Sequence record: SRR20825006_1527
Strand: one strand, 5' to 3'
DNA length: 48,310 bases
Every line of letters begins with the position of its first letter. Positions within the stretch are counted from its first letter, which is position 1. Position numbers and translations under genes: made by a program. Below the pieces are notes generated by a model that was not told the origin of the DNA, did not search any database, and saw only the letters and a program-made list of their open reading frames with translations. This document shows positions 45,697-48,310 of this stretch, one piece after another.

Positions 45697-46002
45697 ACGA
45701 ATAAAGTTTTGTTAGTAATTTGAAATGAGTTAGTGCAACTGAGAAAGGTGGACGGCGCTAGGAAATTGATAGCTAATTCAAATAATACTTCTGGGAAGTG
45801 AACAAAACTCAATGGATTTTGTCTTTTAGAAGTAGAGCCTCTCACCGCCCTACCTTTACAATTGCACAACAAATCAACTTATAAGTGTGTAGGTGAGGGT
45901 ACTTTTTAAACGGCTAGAACCTCAAAAAAATGGACGCCCTTGGGGAAGGACTGTTTTTAACAACTTATGATGTGTTTTATAACAATTTGGTAATGAAGTA
46001 TT

Positions 46003-46032
46003 AAAAAACCTCTTGGTGTTCCAAGAGGTTTT
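46003..46032 (-). terminator. Intrinsic terminator after the short AraC gene
   Basis: A6-CCTCTTGG-tgtt-CCAAGAGG-T4. Confidence 0.85.
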
Positions 46033-46066
46033 GTGGGAATAGCTCTAAACGATTTAGAGTCCGCTA

Positions 46067-46549
46067 CTATGCCATCTGCATTTCGTGTTGCCTATCGAAA
46101 CCGGTGTTTACTGCAGTTCGGTAATCGTTGGGGCTATACCCGGTGGTTTTCTTAAAGGCACTGTAAAAGCTGTTTTTGCTGTTAAAACCAACTTCATACA
46201 TAATTGCCTTTACACTGAGAGAGGGATTTTCGACCAATAGGTCTTTAGCTTCTTCTATTCTATATTCGTTCAGAAACGAATAGAAATTCTTGGAGAAGAA
46301 GGTGTTGATGACCTGTGAAACCTTATACCTATTTTCCTTAATATGATCAGAAAGATCATCGAGGCAAAGGGTATTGTTCCGGTAGATCTTGTTTTCATCA
46401 AAGGCATTTTTGATTTTCCTTCGAATCAAAACAGCTTCCTCCTCGGTTAATCCGGACTTTTTATACTTTTCATGACTGTCCGTTGGGTCCAAAGTCCGTT
46501 CATGGCCCCCAACATACTTCACAACGAATTGTTTTAGTAGTTGTCTCAT
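46067..46549 (-). CDS. Stand-alone AraC-family HTH regulator (no sensor domain)
   Basis: KYKKSGLT, VSQVIN...NFYSFLNEYRIEEAK, IMYEVGFNSKNSFYSAFKKTTGYSPNDYR. Confidence 0.9.
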   Translation of the reverse strand: MRQLLKQFVVKYVGGHERTLDPTDSHEKYKKSGLTEEEAVLIRRKIKNAFDENKIYRNNTLCLDDLSDHIKENRYKVSQVINTFFSKNFYSFLNEYRIEEAKDLLVENPSLSVKAIMYEVGFNSKNSFYSAFKKTTGYSPNDYRTAVNTGFDRQHEMQMA

Positions 46550-46622
46550 TGATTGATGATTTTTGATTGATGACTACTAGTTAACCAGAAAACCAATGTT
46601 TTTAGGTGTTCCCGATAAGATT

Positions 46623-48143
46623 TTACCCTTGTTTTAGGGCATTGAGGTATTCGCTGGGAGTGAGTTGGGTATCTTTCTTAAAAGCTTTATTGAAAGAGAC
46701 TTTGTTGTTGTAGCCGACCTCGTAGGCAACATCAATAATGTTCAGTTCATTTTCTTGAGCAAGCAGTTCCTTTGCTTCTTGAATACGATGGGAATTTACA
46801 AATTCACGAAAGCTCATATTAAAGTGTTCATTGATGAGTTGCGAAGCATTGTGGCGTGTAGTGTCCAATTTTTCGGCGACCATATCCAAATTGATATTAC
46901 TTTTCCTGTACAATTTTTCATTGCGGAACAGGTCGCTCAACTGCTGTTTCAGTTCTTGTGATAAACTATCCGTTAGCCCGGACTTTACATATTTAGGAAA
47001 AAGAGGGTTGGTATAGGCATATCGTCCACTGAACACATCGGGCTGAACATTGGCGGCATATCCCACATATAATACCATGGTGCTTAAAAGAACAATGGGT
47101 GCATGATAAAGGATTCCGCTGTTGTTCCCGGTAATAATGTACGCACCATATATAAGGTAGACTGCAACATAGCTAACATGTATCAAATAAATATTCCTTT
47201 GCCAAGTCCTCGTCTTTTTGCTCAGTTCGGATGTATTCTTGCTCAAGATCAAGTGCACAAAAAAAGCATATATCCCCAAGGATAAGGATTTGAGTGCAAC
47301 CATCAGCACTAGTTTAGTTGAATCCCCTGGATTTAAACCTTCTTCCAGCCTCTGTAACATTTGATTGACTTTTTCTATCCCGGAAAACCCATAAATTGTG
47401 AATATGAGATAAATAGTCAGAATTACTGTCGGCAGAAAGTGCCACAAATCCGTTCTATCCAAATCCGATGATTTTGACACCCTTTTAAAATATAGAAAAA
47501 GCAAGGGCCCATATAAAAAGGAGCACCAGGTCGACATCAAATAGGTGTGGGGAAATACGAACACATAATTGGTCTGGTTGACGCATATATTCAAAATGAA
47601 AAGGGAATGGATAAATACAAATGTGGCAATAAGATTTCTAGCCTGTTTATCAATTTTTTTATTGATGATCAGCATGAACGTTACGTAGAACCCAATAAGT
47701 GACACAAAAAAGTAAAATATGGACCACGTATTTATTTTTGGCAAAACAGTGCCTGACAATTTTTGAAACTCCTGGTTGTCTCGAATTCCGTCAAAATCCT
47801 CGTGCAATAAAAAAGTGGGCTGAAAATCGATTTTGAAATAATCGTATATATATCCAATAGATTCTTCTGGTTTATTCAATGCAGCCTGACTAAGGGCCAA
47901 CTTTTTCAAAATGTGTATTTTATCCTCTTGATTGGTAACATCAAGATTCTTTTGATATAAAGGAACGGCCTCTTCAAATCGGTGAATATTGAAATAATAG
48001 TCTGCCCAATCCAATGAGTCTTTGAAGGTTTCTGCTGTGGGTACAGGAAAACCACCATAACCGCTGTTTACGATAAGGCCGTAGGCAAACGTGAGGTTTA
48101 GCCATAGAAACAGTAAGACAATATAGTTAGTAGATTGTCTCAT
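46623..48143 (-). CDS. Membrane-bound AraC-family regulator (TPR-like periplasmic part, multi-TM domain, AraC HTH)
   Basis: Signal-like N-terminus, helical ADYYFNIHRFEEAVPLY, about 7 TM segments (FLYGPLLFLY, WHFLP), KYVKSGLT, AYEVGYNNKVSFNKAFKKDTQLTPSEY. Confidence 0.9.
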   Translation of the reverse strand: MRQSTNYIVLLFLWLNLTFAYGLIVNSGYGGFPVPTAETFKDSLDWADYYFNIHRFEEAVPLYQKNLDVTNQEDKIHILKKLALSQAALNKPEESIGYIYDYFKIDFQPTFLLHEDFDGIRDNQEFQKLSGTVLPKINTWSIFYFFVSLIGFYVTFMLIINKKIDKQARNLIATFVFIHSLFILNICVNQTNYVFVFPHTYLMSTWCSFLYGPLLFLYFKRVSKSSDLDRTDLWHFLPTVILTIYLIFTIYGFSGIEKVNQMLQRLEEGLNPGDSTKLVLMVALKSLSLGIYAFFVHLILSKNTSELSKKTRTWQRNIYLIHVSYVAVYLIYGAYIITGNNSGILYHAPIVLLSTMVLYVGYAANVQPDVFSGRYAYTNPLFPKYVKSGLTDSLSQELKQQLSDLFRNEKLYRKSNINLDMVAEKLDTTRHNASQLINEHFNMSFREFVNSHRIQEAKELLAQENELNIIDVAYEVGYNNKVSFNKAFKKDTQLTPSEYLNALKQG

Positions 48144-48282
48144 TTTGATTGATGATGAATTAGTATTAACAATTTATGAAAATACCGTGTTAAAAACGTT
48201 AACAAACTATTAAAGTAGGTAAGCCCCGATAAAAGTTTACTCTTGAAACACCTGTAAGGACGTAGGTTTTGGAAGATTGCAT

Positions 48283-48310
48283 AAAAAAAGCCGAGGAAAA
48301 TTTTCCTCGG
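48283..48310 (-). terminator. Terminator of a gene outside the window
   Basis: A7-G-CCGAGGAAAA/TTTTCCTCGG palindrome at the window edge. Confidence 0.65.

Noticed and set aside
45930-46004. 24-codon plus-strand ORF (MDALGEGLF...)
   Set aside because: Too short to support, with no recognisable motif; would need ribosome profiling.
1-48310. rRNA, tRNA, CRISPR arrays, IS elements, prophage or defence genes
   Set aside because: Nearly all sequence is explained by the CDSs listed; the intergenic gaps show no cloverleaf, repeat-spacer array or transposase remnant that I could recognise.

Overview
A 48.3 kb chromosomal window from a Bacteroidota / Flavobacteriaceae genome; gene content and order suggest a marine Flagellimonas/Muricauda-like organism (inference). 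The left half (1-25.7 kb) is conserved core: a TPR-like gene, lptE-like, a sigma54-type activator, miaB, topA, an arginase-fold gene, the gldKLMN gliding/T9SS motor operon, an FAD oxidoreductase, DUF983, an ABC-F ATPase, an LRR protein and an RND efflux operon. The right half is accessory: a compact beta-1,3-glucan-type PUL (sensor-LuxR regulator, SusC, SusD, multi-repeat surface glycan-binding lipoprotein, GH16), an MFS / small ORF / HAEPLYID-family locus, and a CAZyme-free SusC/SusD/lipoprotein cluster preceded by two AraC regulators. I saw no rRNA, tRNA, CRISPR array, transposase or integrase. The best candidate for a new system is a 128-aa ORF (37950-38336) with an export signal and a C-terminal PPP. 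Its stop codon forms an 11-bp perfect helix with the translation-initiation region of the downstream HAEPLYID gene, the layout of a SecM/MifM/CruR-like ribosome-stalling leader. Also notable: the two AraC genes share nucleotide-level motifs around their start codons. All calls were made by eye from the sequence and the ORF track; no searches were run.
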